DNA from: Auanema rhodensis
Lineage: Eukaryota > Animalia > Nematoda
Direction: 5' to 3'
DNA length: 64,000 nucleotides
Assembly (NCBI GenBank): GCA_964057225.1
Contig: OZ059898.1
Span: 20,894,001-20,958,000, forward strand
Shown: positions 24,984-40,800 of the stretch, in pieces
Position numbering within the stretch: the first letter of the stretch is position 1
Layout: each line of letters starts with the position of its first letter
The notes under the pieces: model-generated
Told to the model about the DNA's origin: nothing
The model's input: only the letters and a program-made list of their open reading frames with translations
Databases searched by the model: none
Made by a program: the position numbers and the translations under genes

Positions 24984-26743
24984 GTCTAAAAACAAAATTT
25001 TATTGATATTGGTGCTTGGTAACCATGACTTTGAAATTTACGTGAACTTTAATTTATGCTAATTAAATGTACACGTGATGTGCACTTGGTATGTAACTCG
25101 CTTCACGTGAAAGATAAAGAGATGCGGTTTTCAAAATTAGATTCCCCATGTCCATATTAGTCTAAAAACAAATTTTTATTGATATTGGTTCATGGTAACC
25201 ATGACTTTGAAATTTACGTGAACTTTAATTTATGCTAATTAAATGTACACGTGATGTGCACTTGGTATGTAACTCGCTTCACGTGAAAGATAAAGAGATG
25301 CGGTTTTCAAAATTAGATTCCCCATGTCCATATTAGTCTAAAAACAAAATTTTATTGATATTGGTTCATGGTAACCATGACTTTGAAATTTACGTGAATT
25401 TTAATTTATGCTAATTAAATGTACACGTGATGTGCACTTGGTATGTAACTCGCTTCACGTGAAAGATAAAGAGATGCGGTTTTCAAAATTAGATTCCCCA
25501 TGTCCATATTAGTCTACAAACAAATTTTCATTGATATTGGTTCATGGTAACCATGACTTTGAAATTTACGTGAACTTTAATTTATGCTAATTAAATGTAC
25601 ACGTCATGTGCACTTGGTATGTAACTCGCTTCACGTGAAAGATAAAGAGATGCGGTTTTCAAAAGTAGATTCCCCATGTCCATATTAGTCTAAAAACAAA
25701 TGTTTATTAATATTGGTGCATGGTAACCATGACTTTGAAATTTACGTGAACTTTAATTTATGCTAATTAAATGTACACGTGATGTGCACTTGGTATGTAA
25801 CTCGCTTCACGTGAATGATAAAGAGATGCGGTTTTCAAAATTAGATTCCCCATGTCTATATTAGTCTAAAAACAAATTTTTATTGATATTGGTGCTTGGT
25901 AACCATGACTTTGAAATTTACGTGAACTTTAATTTATGCTAATTAAATGTACACGTGATGTGCACTTGGTATGTAACTCGCTTCACGTGAAAGATAAAGA
26001 GATGCGGTTTTCAAAATTAGATTCCCCATGTCCATATTAGTCTAAAAACAAATTTTTATTGATATTGGTTCATGGTAACCATGACTTTGAAATTTACGTG
26101 AACTTTAATTTATGCTAATTAAATGTACACGTGATGTGCACTTGGTATGTAACTCGCTTCACGTGAAAGATAAAGAGATGCGGTTTTCAAAATTAGATTC
26201 CCCATGTCCATATTAGTCTAAAAACAAAATTTTATTGATATTGGTTCATGGTAACCATGACTTTGAAATTTACGTGAATTTTAATTTATGCTAATTAAAT
26301 GTACACGTGATGTGCACTTGGTATGTAACTCGCTTCACGTGAAAGATAAAGAGATGCGGTTTTCAAAATTAGATTCCCCATGTCCATATTAGTCTACAAA
26401 CAAATTTTCATTGATATTGGTTCATGGTAACCATGACTTTGAAATTTACGTGAACTTTAATTTATGCTAATTAAATGTACACGTCATGTGCACTTGGTAT
26501 GTAACTCGCTTCACGTGAAAGATAAAGAGATGCGGTTTTCAAAAGTAGATTCCCCATGTCCATATTAGTCTAAAAACAAATGTTTATTAATATTGGTGCA
26601 TGGTAACCATGACTTTGAAATTTACGTGAACTTTAATTTATGCTAATTAAATGTACACGTGATGTGCACTTGGTATGTAACTCGCTTCACGTGAATGATA
26701 AAGAGATGCGGTTTTCAAAATTAGATTCCCCATGTCTATATTA
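24984..26743 (+). repeat. Tandem 5-mer duplication (880 bp)
   Basis: C170T (25857/26737) and G22A (25709/26589) both offset by 880=5x176. Confidence 0.9.
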
Positions 26744-29700
26744 GTCTAAAAACAAATTTTTATTGATATTGGTTCATGGTAACCATGACTTTGAAATTTA
26801 CGTGAACTTTAATTTATGCTAATTAAATGTACACGTGATGTGCACTTGGTATGTAACTCGCTTCACGTGAAAGATAAAGAGATGCGGTTTTCAAAATTAG
26901 ATTCCATATGTCCATATTAGTCTAAAAACAAATTTTTATTGATATTGGTTCATGGTACCCATGACTTTGAAATTTACGTGAACTTTAATTATGCTAATTA
27001 AATGTACAGGTAATGTGCACTTGGTATGTAACTCGCTTCACGTGAAAGATAAAGAGATGCGGTTTTCAAAATTAGATTCCCCATGTCCATATTAGTCTAA
27101 AAACAAATGTTTATTGATATTGGTGCATGGTAACCATGACTTTGAAATTTACGTGAACTTTAATTTATGCTAATTAAATGTACACGTGATGTGCACTTGG
27201 TATGTAACTCGCTTCACGTGAATGATAAAGAGATGCGGTTTTCAAAATTTGATTCCCCATGTCCATATTAGTCTAAAAACAAATGTTTATTGATATTGGT
27301 TCATGGTAACCATGACTTTGAAATTTACGTGAACTTTAATTTATGCTAATTAAATGTACACGTGATGTGCACTTGGTATGTAACTCGCTTCACGTGAAAG
27401 ATAAAGAGATGCGGTTTTCAAAATTAGATTCCCCATGTCCATATTAGTCTAAAAACAAATTTTTATTGATATTGGTTCATGGTAACCATGACTTTGAAAT
27501 TTACGTGAACTTTAATTTATGCTAATTAAATGTACACGTGATGTGCACTTGGTATGTAACTCGTTTCACGTGAAAGATAAAGAGATGCGGTTTTCAAAAT
27601 TAGATTCCCCATGTCCATATTAGTCTAAAAACAAATTTTTATTGATATTGGTTCATGGTAACCATGACTTTGAAATTTACGTGAACTTTAATTTATGCTA
27701 ATTAAATGTACACGTGATGTGCACTTGGTATGTAACTCGCTTCACGTGAAAGATAAAGAGATGCGGTTTTCAAAATTTGATTCCCCATGTCCATATTAGT
27801 CTAAAAACAAATGTTTATTGATATTGGTTCATGGTAACCATGACTTTGAAATTTACGTGAACTTTAATTTATGCTAATTAAATGTACACGTGATGTGCAC
27901 TTGGTATGTAACTCGCTTCACGTGAAAGAAAAAGAGATGCGGTTTTCAAAATTAGATTCCATATGTCCATATTAGTCTAAAAACAAATTTTTATTGATAT
28001 TGGTTCATGGTACCCATGACTTTGAAATTTACGTGAACTTTAATTATGCTAATTAAATGTACAGGTAATGTGCACTTGGTATGTAACTCGCTTCACGTGA
28101 AAGATAAAGAGATGCGGTTTTCAAAATTAGATTCCCCATGTCCATATTAGTCTAAAAACAAATGTTTATTGATATTGGTGCATGGTAACCATGACTTTGA
28201 AATTTACGTGAACTTTAATTTATGCTAATTAAATGTACACGTGATGTGCACTTGGTATGTAACTCGCTTCACGTGAATGATAAAGAGATGCGGTTTTCAA
28301 AATTTGATTCCCCATGTCCATATTAGTCTAAAAACAAATGTTTATTGATATTGGTTCATGGTAACCATGACTTTGAAATTTACGTGAACTTTAATTTATG
28401 CTAATTAAATGTACACGTGATGTGCACTTGGTATGTAACTCGCTTCACGTGAAAGATAAAGAGATGCGGTTTTCAAAATTAGATTCCCCATGTCCATATT
28501 AGTCTAAAAACAAATTTTTATTGATATTGGTTCATGGTAACCATGACTTTGAAATTTACGTGAACTTTAATTTATGCTAATTAAATGTACACGTGATGTG
28601 CACTTGGTATGTAACTCGTTTCACGTGAAAGATAAAGAGATGCGGTTTTCAAAAATAGATTCCCCATGTCCATATTAGTCTAAAAACAAATTTTTATTGA
28701 TATTGGTTCATGGTAACCATGACTTTGAAATTTACGTGAACTTTAATTTATGCTAATTAAATGTACACGTGATGTGCACTTGGTATGTAACTCGCTTCAC
28801 GTGAAAGATAAAGAGATGCGGTTTTCAAAATTAGATTCCCCATGTCCATATTAGTCTAAAAACAAATTTTTATTGATATTGGTGCTTGGTAACCATGACT
28901 TTGAAATTTACGTGAACTTTAATTTATGCTAATTAAATGTACACGTGATGTGCACTTGGTATGTAACTCGCTTCACGTAAAAGATAAAGAGATGCGGTTT
29001 TCAAAATTAGATTTCCCATGTCCATATTAGTCTAAAAACAAATTTTTATTGATATTGGTTCATGATAACCATGACTTTGAAATTTACGTGAACTTTAATT
29101 TATGCTAATTAAATGTACACGTGATGTGCACTTGGTATGTAACTCGCTTCACGTGAAAGATAAAGAGATGCGGTTTTCAAAATTAGATTCCCCATGTCCA
29201 TATTAGTCTAAAAACAAATTTTGATTGATATTGGTGCATGGTAACCATGACTTTGAAATTTACGTGAACTTTAATTTATGCTAATTAAATGTACACGTGA
29301 TGTGCACTTGGTATGTAACTCGCTTCACGTAAAAGATAAAGAGATGCGGTTTTCAAAATTAGATTTCCCATGTCCATATTAGTCTAAAAACAAATTTTTA
29401 TTGATATTGGTTCATGGTAACCATGACTTTGAAATTTACGTGAACTTTAATTTATGCTAATTAAATGTACACGTGATGTGCACTTGGTATGTAACTCGCT
29501 TCACGTGAAAGATAAAGAGATGCGGTTTTCAAAATTAGATTCCCCATGTCCATATTAGTCTAAAAACAAATTTTTATTGATATTGGTTCATGGTAACCAT
29601 GATTTTGAAATTTACGTGAACTTTAATTTATGCTAATTATATGTACACGTGATGTGCACTTGGTATGTAACTCGCTTCACGTGAAAGATAAAGAGATGCG

Positions 29701-30085
29701 GTTTTCAAAATTAGATTTCCCATGTCCATATTAGTCTAAAAACAAATTTTTATTGATATTGGTTCATGGTAACCATGACTTTGAAATTTACGTGAACTTT
29801 AATTTATGCTAATTAAATGTACACGTGATGTGCACTTGGTATGTAACTCGCTTCACGTGAAAGATAAAGAGATGCGGTTTTCAAAATTAGATTTCCCATG
29901 TCCATATTAGTCTAAAAACAAATTTTTATTGATATTGGTTCATGGTAACCATGACTTTGAAATTTACGTGAACTTTAATTTATGCTAATTAAATGTACAC
30001 GTGATGTGCACTTGGTATGTAACTCGCTTCACGTGAAAGATAAAGAGATGCGGTTTTCAAAATTAGATTCCCCATGTCCATATTA

Positions 30086-33000
30086 GTCTAAAAACAAAAT
30101 TTTATTGATATTGGTTCATGGTAACCATGACTTTGAAATTTACGTGAATTTTAATTTATGCTAATTAAATGTACACGTGATGTGCACTTGGTATGTAACT
30201 CGCTTCACGTGAAAGATAAAGAGATGCGGTTTTCAAAATTAGATTCCCCATGTCCATATTAGTCTACAAACAAATTTTCATTGATATTGGTTCATGGTAA
30301 CCATGACTTTGAAATTTACGTGAACTTTAATTTATGCTAATTAAATGTACACGTCATGTGCACTTGGTATGTAACTCGCTTCACGTGAAAGATAAAGAGA
30401 TGCGGTTTTCAAAAGTAGATTCCCCATGTCCATATTAGTCTAAAAACAAATGTTTATTGATATTGGTGCATGGTAACCATGACTTTGAAATTTACGTGAA
30501 CTTTAATTTATGCTAATTAAATGTACACGTGATGTGCACTTGGTATGTAACTCGCTTCACGTGAATGATAAAGAGATGCGGTTTTCAAAATTAGATTCCC
30601 CATGTCCATATTAGTCTAAAAACAAATTTTTATTGATATTGGTTCATGGTAACCATGACTTTGAAATTTACGTGAACTTTAATTTATGCTAATTAAATGT
30701 ACACGTGATGTGCACTTGGTATGTAACTCGCTTCACGTGAAAGATAAAGAGATGCGGTTTTCAAAATTAGATTCCATATGTCCATATTAGTCTAAAAACA
30801 AATTTTTATTGATATTGGTTCATGGTACCCATGACTTTGAAATTTACGTGAACTTTAATTATGCTAATTAAATGTACAGGTAATGTGCACTTGGTATGTA
30901 ACTCGCTTCACGTGAAAGATAAAGAGATGCGGTTTTCAAAATTAGATTCCCCATGTCCATATTAGTCTAAAAACAAATTTTTATTGATATTGGTTCATGG
31001 TAACCATGACTTTGAAATTTACGTGAACTTTAATTTATGCTAATTAAATGTACACGTGATGTGCACTTGGTATGTAACTCGCTTCACGTGAAAGATAAAG
31101 AGATGCGGTTTTCAAAAGTAGATTCCCCATGTCCATATTAGTCTAAAAACAAATGTTTATTGATATTGGTGCATGGTAACCATGACTTTGAAATTTACGT
31201 GAACTTTAATTTATGCTAATTAAATGTACACGTGATGTGCACTTGGTATGTAACTCGCTTCACGTGAATGATAAAGAGATGCGGTTTTCAAAATTAGATT
31301 CCCCATGTCCATATTAGTCTAAAAACAAATGTTTATTGATATTGGTTCATGGTAACCATGACTTTGAAATTTACGTGAACTTTAATTTATGCTAATTAAA
31401 TGTACACGTGATGTGCACTTGGTATGTAACTCGCTTCACGTGAAAGATAAAGAGATGCGGTTTTCAAAATTAGATTCCCCATGTCCATATTAGTCTAAAA
31501 ACAAATTTTTATTGATATTGGTGCTTGGTAACCATGACTTTGAAATTTACGTGAACTTTAATTTATGCTAATTAAATGTACACGTGATGTGCACTTGGTA
31601 TGTAACTCGCTTCACGTGAAAGATAAAGAGATGCGGTTTTCAAAATTAGATTCCCCATGTCCATATTAGTCTAAAAACAAATTTTTATTGATATTGGTTC
31701 ATGGTAACCATGACTTTGAAGTTTACGTGAACTTTAATTTATGCTAATTATATGTACACGTGATGTGCACTTGGTATGTAACTCGCTTCACGTGAAAGAT
31801 AAAGAGATGCGGTTTTCAAAATTAGATTTCCCATGTCCATATTAGTCTAAAAACAAATTTTTATTGATATTGGTTCATGGTAACCATGACTTTGAAATTT
31901 ACGTGAACTTTAATTTATGCTAATTAAATGTACACGTGATGTGCACTTGGTATGTAACTCGCTTCACGTGAAAGATAAAGAGATGCGGTTTTCAAAATTA
32001 GATTCCCCATGTCCATATTAGTCTGAAAACAAAATTTTATTGATATTGGTTCATGGTAACCATGACTTTGAAATTTACGTGAATTTTAATTTATGCTAAT
32101 TAAATGTACACGTGATGTGCACTTGGTATGTAACTCGCTTCACGTGAAAGATAAAGAGATGCGGTTTTCAAAATTAGATTCCCCATGTCCATATTAGTCT
32201 ACAAACAAATTTTCATTGATATTGGTTCATGGTAACCATGACTTTGAAATTTACGTGAACTTTAATTTATGCTAATTAAATGTACACGTCATGTGCACTT
32301 GGTATGTAACTCGCTTCACGTGAAAGATAAAGAGATGCGGTTTTCAAAAGTAGATTCCCCATGTCCATATTAGTCTAAAAACAAATGTTTATTGATATTG
32401 GTGCATGGTAACCATGACTTTGAAATTTACGTGAACTTTAATTTATGCTAATTAAATGTACACGTGATGTGCACTTGGTATGTAACTCGCTTCACGTGAA
32501 TGATAAAGAGATGCGGTTTTCAAAATTAGATTCCCCATGTCCATATTAGTCTAAAAACAAATTTTTATTGATATTGGTTCATGGTAACCATGACTTTGAA
32601 ATTTACGTGAACTTTAATTTATGCTAATTAAATGTACACGTGATGTGCACTTGGTATGTAACTCGCTTCACGTGAAAGATAAAGAGATGCGGTTTTCAAA
32701 ATTAGATTCCATATGTCCATATTAGTCTAAAAACAAATTTTTATTGATATTGGTTCATGGTACCCATGACTTTGAAATTTACGTGAACTTTAATTATGCT
32801 AATTAAATGTACAGGTAATGTGCACTTGGTATGTAACTCGCTTCACGTGAAAGATAAAGAGATGCGGTTTTCAAAATTAGATTCCCCATGTCCATATTAG
32901 TCTAAAAACAAATTTTTATTGATATTGGTTCATGGTAACCATGACTTTGAAATTTACGTGAACTTTAATTTATGCTAATTAAATGTACACGTGATGTGCA

Positions 33001-34834
33001 CTTGGTATGTAACTCGCTTCACGTGAAAGATAAAGAGATGCGGTTTTCAAAAGTAGATTCCCCATGTCCATATTAGTCTAAAAACAAATGTTTATTGATA
33101 TTGGTGCATGGTAACCATGACTTTGAAATTTACGTGAACTTTAATTTATGCTAATTAAATGTACACGTGATGTGCACTTGGTATGTAACTCGCTTCACGT
33201 GAATGATAAAGAGATGCGGTTTTCAAAATTAGATTCCCCATGTCCATATTAGTCTAAAAACAAATGTTTATTGATATTGGTTCATGGTAACCATGACTTT
33301 GAAATTTACGTGAACTTTAATTTATGCTAATTAAATGTACACGTGATGTGCACTTGGTATGTAACTCGCTTCACGTGAAAGATAAAGAGATGCGGTTTTC
33401 AAAATTAGATTCCCCATGTCCATATTAGTCTAAAAACAAATTTTTATTGATATTGGTGCTTGGTAACCATGACTTTGAAATTTACGTGAACTTTAATTTA
33501 TGCTAATTAAATGTACACGTGATGTGCACTTGGTATGTAACTCGCTTCACGTGAAAGATAAAGAGATGCGGTTTTCAAAATTAGATTCCCCATGTCCATA
33601 TTAGTCTAAAAACAAATTTTTATTGATATTGGTTCATGGTAACCATGACTTTGAAGTTTACGTGAACTTTAATTTATGCTAATTATATGTACACGTGATG
33701 TGCACTTGGTATGTAACTCGCTTCACGTGAAAGATAAAGAGATGCGGTTTTCAAAATTAGATTTCCCATGTCCATATTAGTCTAAAAACAAATTTTTATT
33801 GATATTGGTTCATGGTAACCATGACTTTAAAATTTACGTGAACTTTAATTTATGCTAATTAAATGTACACGTGATGTGCACTTGGTATGTAACTCGCTTC
33901 ACGTGAAAGATAAAGAGATGCGGTTTTCAAAATTAGATTCCCCATGTCCATATTAGTCTAAAAACAAAATTTTATTGATATTGGTTCATGGTAACCATGA
34001 CTTTGAAATTTACGTGAATTTTAATTTATGCTAATTAAATGTACACGTGATGTGCACTTGGTATGTAACTCGCTTCACGTGAAAGATAAAGAGATGCGGT
34101 TTTCAAAATTAGATTCCCCATGTCCATATTAGTCTACAAACAAATTTTCATTGATATTGGTTCATGGTAACCATGACTTTGAAATTTACGTGAACTTTAA
34201 TTTATGCTAATTAAATGTACACGTCATGTGCACTTGGTATGTAACTCGCTTCACGTGAAAGATAAAGAGATGCGGTTTTCAAAAGTAGATTCCCCATGTC
34301 CATATTAGTCTAAAAACAAATGTTTATTGATATTGGTGCATGGTAACCATGACTTTGAAATTTACGTGAACTTTAATTTATGCTAATTAAATGTACACGT
34401 GATGTGCACTTGGTATGTAACTCGCTTCACGTGAATGATAAAGAGATGCGGTTTTCAAAATTAGATTCCCCATGTCCATATTAGTCTAAAAACAAATTTT
34501 TATTGATATTGGTTCATGGTAACCATGACTTTGAAATTTACGTGAACTTTAATTTATGCTAATTAAATGTACACGTGATGTGCACTTGGTATGTAACTCG
34601 CTTCACGTGAAAGATAAAGAGATGCGGTTTTCAAAATTAGATTCCATATGTCCATATTAGTCTAAAAACAAATTTTTATTGATATTGGTTCATGGTACCC
34701 ATGACTTTGAAATTTACGTGAACTTTAATTATGCTAATTAAATGTACAGGTAATGTGCACTTGGTATGTAACTCGCTTCACGTGAAAGATAAAGAGATGC
34801 GGTTTTCAAAATTAGATTCCCCATGTCCATATTA
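30086..34834 (+). repeat. Local 11-mer higher-order repeat (1935 bp), about 2.5 tandem copies
   Basis: T14A+C64T monomers start at 30086, 32021 and 33956; A53G at 31721/33656; same ordered series of 11 variant monomers; 1935=11x176-1. Confidence 0.9.
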
Positions 34835-37800
34835 GTCTAGAAACAAATTTTTATTGATATTGGTTCATGGTAACCATGACTTTGAAATTTACGTGAACTT
34901 TAATTTATGCTAATTAAATGTACACGTGATGTGCCCTTGGTATGTAACTCGCTTCACGTGAAAGATAAAGAGATGCGGTTTTCAAAATTAGATTCCCCAT
35001 GTCCATATTAGTCTAAAAACAAATTTTTATTGATATTGGTTCATGGTAACCATGACTTTGAAATTTACGTGAACTTTAATTTATGCTAATTAAATGTACA
35101 CGTGATGTGCACTTGGTATGTAACTCGCTTCACGTAAAAGATAAAGAGATGCGGTTTTCAAAATTAGATTTCCCATGTCCATATTAGTCTAAAAACAAAT
35201 TTTTATTGATATTGGTTCATGATAACCATGACTTTGAAATTTACGTGAACTTCAATTTATGCTAATTAAATGTACACGTGATGTGCACTTGGTATGTAAC
35301 TCGCTTCACGTGAAAGATAAAGAGATGCGGTTTTCAAAATTAGATTCCATATGTCCATATTAGTCTAAAAACAAATTTTTATTGATATTGGTTCATGGTA
35401 CCCATGACTTTGAAATTTACGTGAACTTTAATTTATGCTAATTAAATGTACACGTGATGTGCACTTGGTATGTAACTCGCTTCACGTAAAAGATAAAGAG
35501 ATGCGGTTTTCAAAATTAGATTCCCCATGTCCATATTAGTCTAAAAACAAATTTTTATTGATATTGGTTCATGGTAACCATGACTTTGAAATTTACGTGA
35601 ACTTTAATTTATGCTAATTAAATGTACACGTGATGTGCACTTGGTATGTAACTCGTTTCACGTGAAAGATAAAGAGATGCGGTTTTCAAAATTAGATTCC
35701 CCATGTCCATATTAGTCTAAAAACAAATTTTTATTGATATTGGTTCATGGTAACCATGACTTTGAAATTTACGTGAACTTTAATTTATGCTAATTAAATG
35801 TACACGTGATGTGCACTTGGTATGTAACTCGCTTCACGTGAAAGATAAAGAGATGCGGTTTTCAAAATTAGATTCCCCATGTCCATATTAGTCTAAAAAC
35901 AAATTTTTATTGATATTGGTGCTTGGTAACCATGACTTTGAAATTTACGTGAACTTTAATTTATGCTAATTAAATGTACACGTGATGTGCACTTGGTATG
36001 TAACTCGCTTCACGTAAAAGATAAAGAGATGCGGTTTTCAAAATTAGATTTCTCATGTCCATATTAGTCTAAAAACAAATTTTTATTGATATTGGTTCAT
36101 GATAACCATGACTTTGAAATTTACGTGAACATTAATTTATGCTAATTAAATGTACACGTGATGTGCACTTGGTATGTAACTCGCTTCACGTGAAAGATAA
36201 AGAGATGCGGTTTTCAAAATTAGATTCCCCATGTCCATATTAGTCTAAAAACAAATTTTGATTGATATTGGTGCATGGTAACCATGACTTTGAAATTTAC
36301 GTGAACTTTAATTTATGCTAATTAAATGTACACGTGATGTGCACTTGGTATGTAACTCGCTTCACGTGAAAGATAAAGAGATGCGGTTTTCAAAATTAGA
36401 TTTCCCATGTCCATATTAGTCTAAAAACAAATTTTTATTGATATTGGTTCATGGTAACCATGACTTTGAAATTTACGTGAACTTTAATTTATGCTAATTA
36501 AATGTACACGTGATGTGCACTTGGTATGTAACTCGCTTCACGTGAAAGATAAAGAGATGCGGTTTTCAAAATTAGATTTCCCATGTCCATATTAGTCTAA
36601 AAACAAATTTTTATTGATATTGGTTCATGGTAACCATGACTTTGAAATTTACGTGAACTTTAATTTATGCTAATTAAATGTACACGTGATGTGCACTTGG
36701 TATGTAACTCGCTTCACGTGAAAGATAAAGAGATGCGGTTTTCAAAATTAGATTCCCCATGTCCATATTAGTCTAAAAACAAATTTTTATTGATATTGGT
36801 TCATGGTAACCATGACTTTGAAATTTACGTGAACTTTAATTTATGCTAATTAAATGTACACGTGATGTGCACTTGGTATGTAACTCGCTTCACGTGAAAG
36901 ATAAAGAGATGCGGTTTTCAAAATTAGATTTCCCATGTCCATATTAGTCTAAAAACAAATTTTTATTGATATAGGTGCATGGTAACCATGACTTTGAAAT
37001 TTACGTGAACTTTAATTTATGCTAATTAAATGTACACGTGATGTGCACTTGGTATGTAACTCGCTTCACGTGAAAGATAAAGAGATGCGGTTTTCAAAAT
37101 TAGATTCCCCATGTCCATATTAGTCTGAAAACAAAATTTTATTGATATTGGTTCATGGTAACCATGACTTTGAAATTTACGTGAATTTTAATTTATGCTA
37201 ATTAAATGTACACGTGATGTGCACTTGGTATGTAACTCGCTTCACGTGAAAGATAAAGAGATGCGGTTTTCAAAATTAGATTCCCCATGTCCATATTAGT
37301 CTACAAACAAATTTTCATTGATATTGGTTCATGGTAACCATGACTTTGAAATTTACGTGAACTTTAATTTATGCTAATTAAATGTACACGTCATGTGCAC
37401 TTGGTATGTAACTCGCTTCACGTGAAAGATAAAGAGATGCGGTTTTCAAAAGTAGATTCCCCATGTCCATATTAGTCTAAAAACAAATGTTTATTGATAT
37501 TGGTGCATGGTAACCATGACTTTGAAATTTACGTGAACTTTAATTTATGCTAATTAAATGTACACGTGATGTGCACTTGGTATGTAACTCGCTTCACGTG
37601 AATGATAAAGAGATGCGGTTTTCAAAATTAGATTCCCCATGTCCATATTAGTCTAAAAACAAATTTTTATTGATATTGGTTCATGGTAACCATGACTTTG
37701 AAATTTACGTGAACTTTAATTTATGCTAATTAAATGTACACGTGATGTGCACTTGGTATGTAACTCGCTTCACGTGAAAGATAAAGAGATGCGGTTTTCA

Positions 37801-40800
37801 AAATTAGATTCCATATGTCCATATTAGTCTAAAAACAAATTTTTATTGATATTGGTTCATGGTACCCATGACTTTGAAATTTACGTGAACTTTAATTATG
37901 CTAATTAAATGTACAGGTAATGTGCACTTGGTATGTAACTCGCTTCACGTGAAAGATAAAGAGATGCGGTTTTCAAAATTAGATTCCCCATGTCCATATT
38001 AGTCTAAAAACAAATTTTTATTGATATTGGTTCATGGTAACCATGACTTTGAAATTTACGTGAACTTTAATTTATGCTAATTAAATGTACACGTGATGTG
38101 CACTTGGTATGTAACTCGCTTCACGTGAAAGATAAAGAGATGCGGTTTTCAAAAGTAGATTCCCCATGTCCATATTAGTCTAAAAACAAATGTTTATTGA
38201 TATTGGTGCATGGTAACCATGACTTTGAAATTTACGTGAACTTTAATTTATGCTAATTAAATGTACACGTGATGTGCACTTGGTATGTAACTCGCTTCAC
38301 GTGAATGATAAAGAGATGCGGTTTTCAAAATTAGATTCCCCATGTCCATATTAGTCTAAAAACAAATGTTTATTGATATTGGTTCATGGTAACCATGACT
38401 TTGAAATTTACGTGAACTTTAATTTATGCTAATTAAATGTACACGTGATGTGCACTTGGTATGTAACTCGCTTCACGTGAAAGATAAAGAGATGCGGTTT
38501 TCAAAATTAGATTCCCCATGTCCATATTAGTCTAAAAACAAATTTTTATTGATATTGGTGCTTGGTAACCATGACTTTGAAATTTACGTGAACTTTAATT
38601 TATGCTAATTAAATGTACACGTGATGTGCACTTGGTATGTAACTCGCTTCACGTGAAAGATAAAGAGATGCGGTTTTCAAAATTAGATTCCCCATGTCCA
38701 TATTAGTCTAAAAACAAATTTTTATTGATATTGGTTCATGGTAACCATGACTTTGAAGTTTACGTGAACTTTAATTTATGCTAATTATATGTACACGTGA
38801 TGTGCACTTGGTATGTAACTCGCTTCACGTGAAAGATAAAGAGATGCGGTTTTCAAAATTAGATTTCCCATGTCCATATTAGTCTAAAAACAAATTTTTA
38901 TTGATATTGGTTCATGGTAACCATGACTTTAAAATTTACGTGAACTTTAATTTATGCTAATTAAATGTACACGTGATGTGCACTTGGTATGTAACTCGCT
39001 TCACGTGAAAGATAAAGAGATGCGGTTTTCAAAATTAGATTCCCCATGTCCATATTAGTCTAAAAACAAAATTTTATTGATATTGGTTCATGGTAACCAT
39101 GACTTTGAAATTTACGTGAATTTTAATTTATGCTAATTAAATGTACACGTGATGTGCACTTGGTATGTAACTCGCTTCACGTGAAAGATAAAGAGATGCG
39201 GTTTTCAAAATTAGATTCCCCATGTCCATATTAGTCTACAAACAAATTTTCATTGATATTGGTTCATGGTAACCATGACTTTGAAATTTACGTGAACTTT
39301 AATTTATGCTAATTAAATGTACACGTCATGTGCACTTGGTATGTAACTCGCTTCACGTGAAAGATAAAGAGATGCGGTTTTCAAAAGTAGATTCCCCATG
39401 TCCATATTAGTCTAAAAACAAATGTTTATTGATATTGGTGCATGGTAACCATGACTTTGAAATTTACGTGAACTTTAATTTATGCTAATTAAATGTACAC
39501 GTGATGTGCACTTGGTATGTAACTCGCTTCACGTGAATGATAAAGAGATGCGGTTTTCAAAATTAGATTCCCCATGTCCATATTAGTCTAAAAACAAATT
39601 TTTATTGATATTGGTTCATGGTAACCATGACTTTGAAATTTACGTGAACTTTAATTTATGCTAATTAAATGTACACGTGATGTGCACTTGGTATGTAACT
39701 CGCTTCACGTGAAAGATAAAGAGATGCGGTTTTCAAAATTAGATTCCATATGTCCATATTAGTCTAAAAACAAATTTTTATTGATATTGGTTCATGGTAC
39801 CCATGACTTTGAAATTTACGTGAACTTTAATTATGCTAATTAAATGTACAGGTAATGTGCACTTGGTATGTAACTCGCTTCACGTGAAAGATAAAGAGAT
39901 GCGGTTTTCAAAATTAGATTCCCCATGTCCATATTAGTCTAGAAACAAATTTTTATTGATATTGGTTCATGGTAACCATGACTTTGAAATTTACGTGAAC
40001 TTTAATTTATGCTAATTAAATGTACACGTGATGTGCCCTTGGTATGTAACTCGCTTCACGTGAAAGATAAAGAGATGCGGTTTTCAAAATTAGATTCCCC
40101 ATGTCCATATTAGTCTAAAAACAAATTTTTATTGATATTGGTTCATGGTAACCATGACTTTGAAATTTACGTGAACTTTAATTTATGCTAATTAAATGTA
40201 CACGTGATGTGCACTTGGTATGTAACTCGCTTCACGTAAAAGATAAAGAGATGCGGTTTTCAAAATTAGATTTCCCATGTCCATATTAGTCTAAAAACAA
40301 ATTTTTATTGATATTGGTTCATGATAACCATGACTTTGAAATTTACGTGAACTTCAATTTATGCTAATTAAATGTACACGTGATGTGCACTTGGTATGTA
40401 ACTCGCTTCACGTGAAAGATAAAGAGATGCGGTTTTCAAAATTAGATTCCATATGTCCATATTAGTCTAAAAACAAATTTTTATTGATATTGGTTCATGG
40501 TACCCATGACTTTGAAATTTACGTGAACTTTAATTTATGCTAATTAAATGTACACGTGATGTGCACTTGGTATGTAACTCGCTTCACGTAAAAGATAAAG
40601 AGATGCGGTTTTCAAAATTAGATTCCCCATGTCCATATTAGTCTAAAAACAAATTTTTATTGATATTGGTTCATGGTAACCATGACTTTGAAATTTACGT
40701 GAACTTTAATTTATGCTAATTAAATGTACACGTGATGTGCACTTGGTATGTAACTCGTTTCACGTGAAAGATAAAGAGATGCGGTTTTCAAAATTAGATT

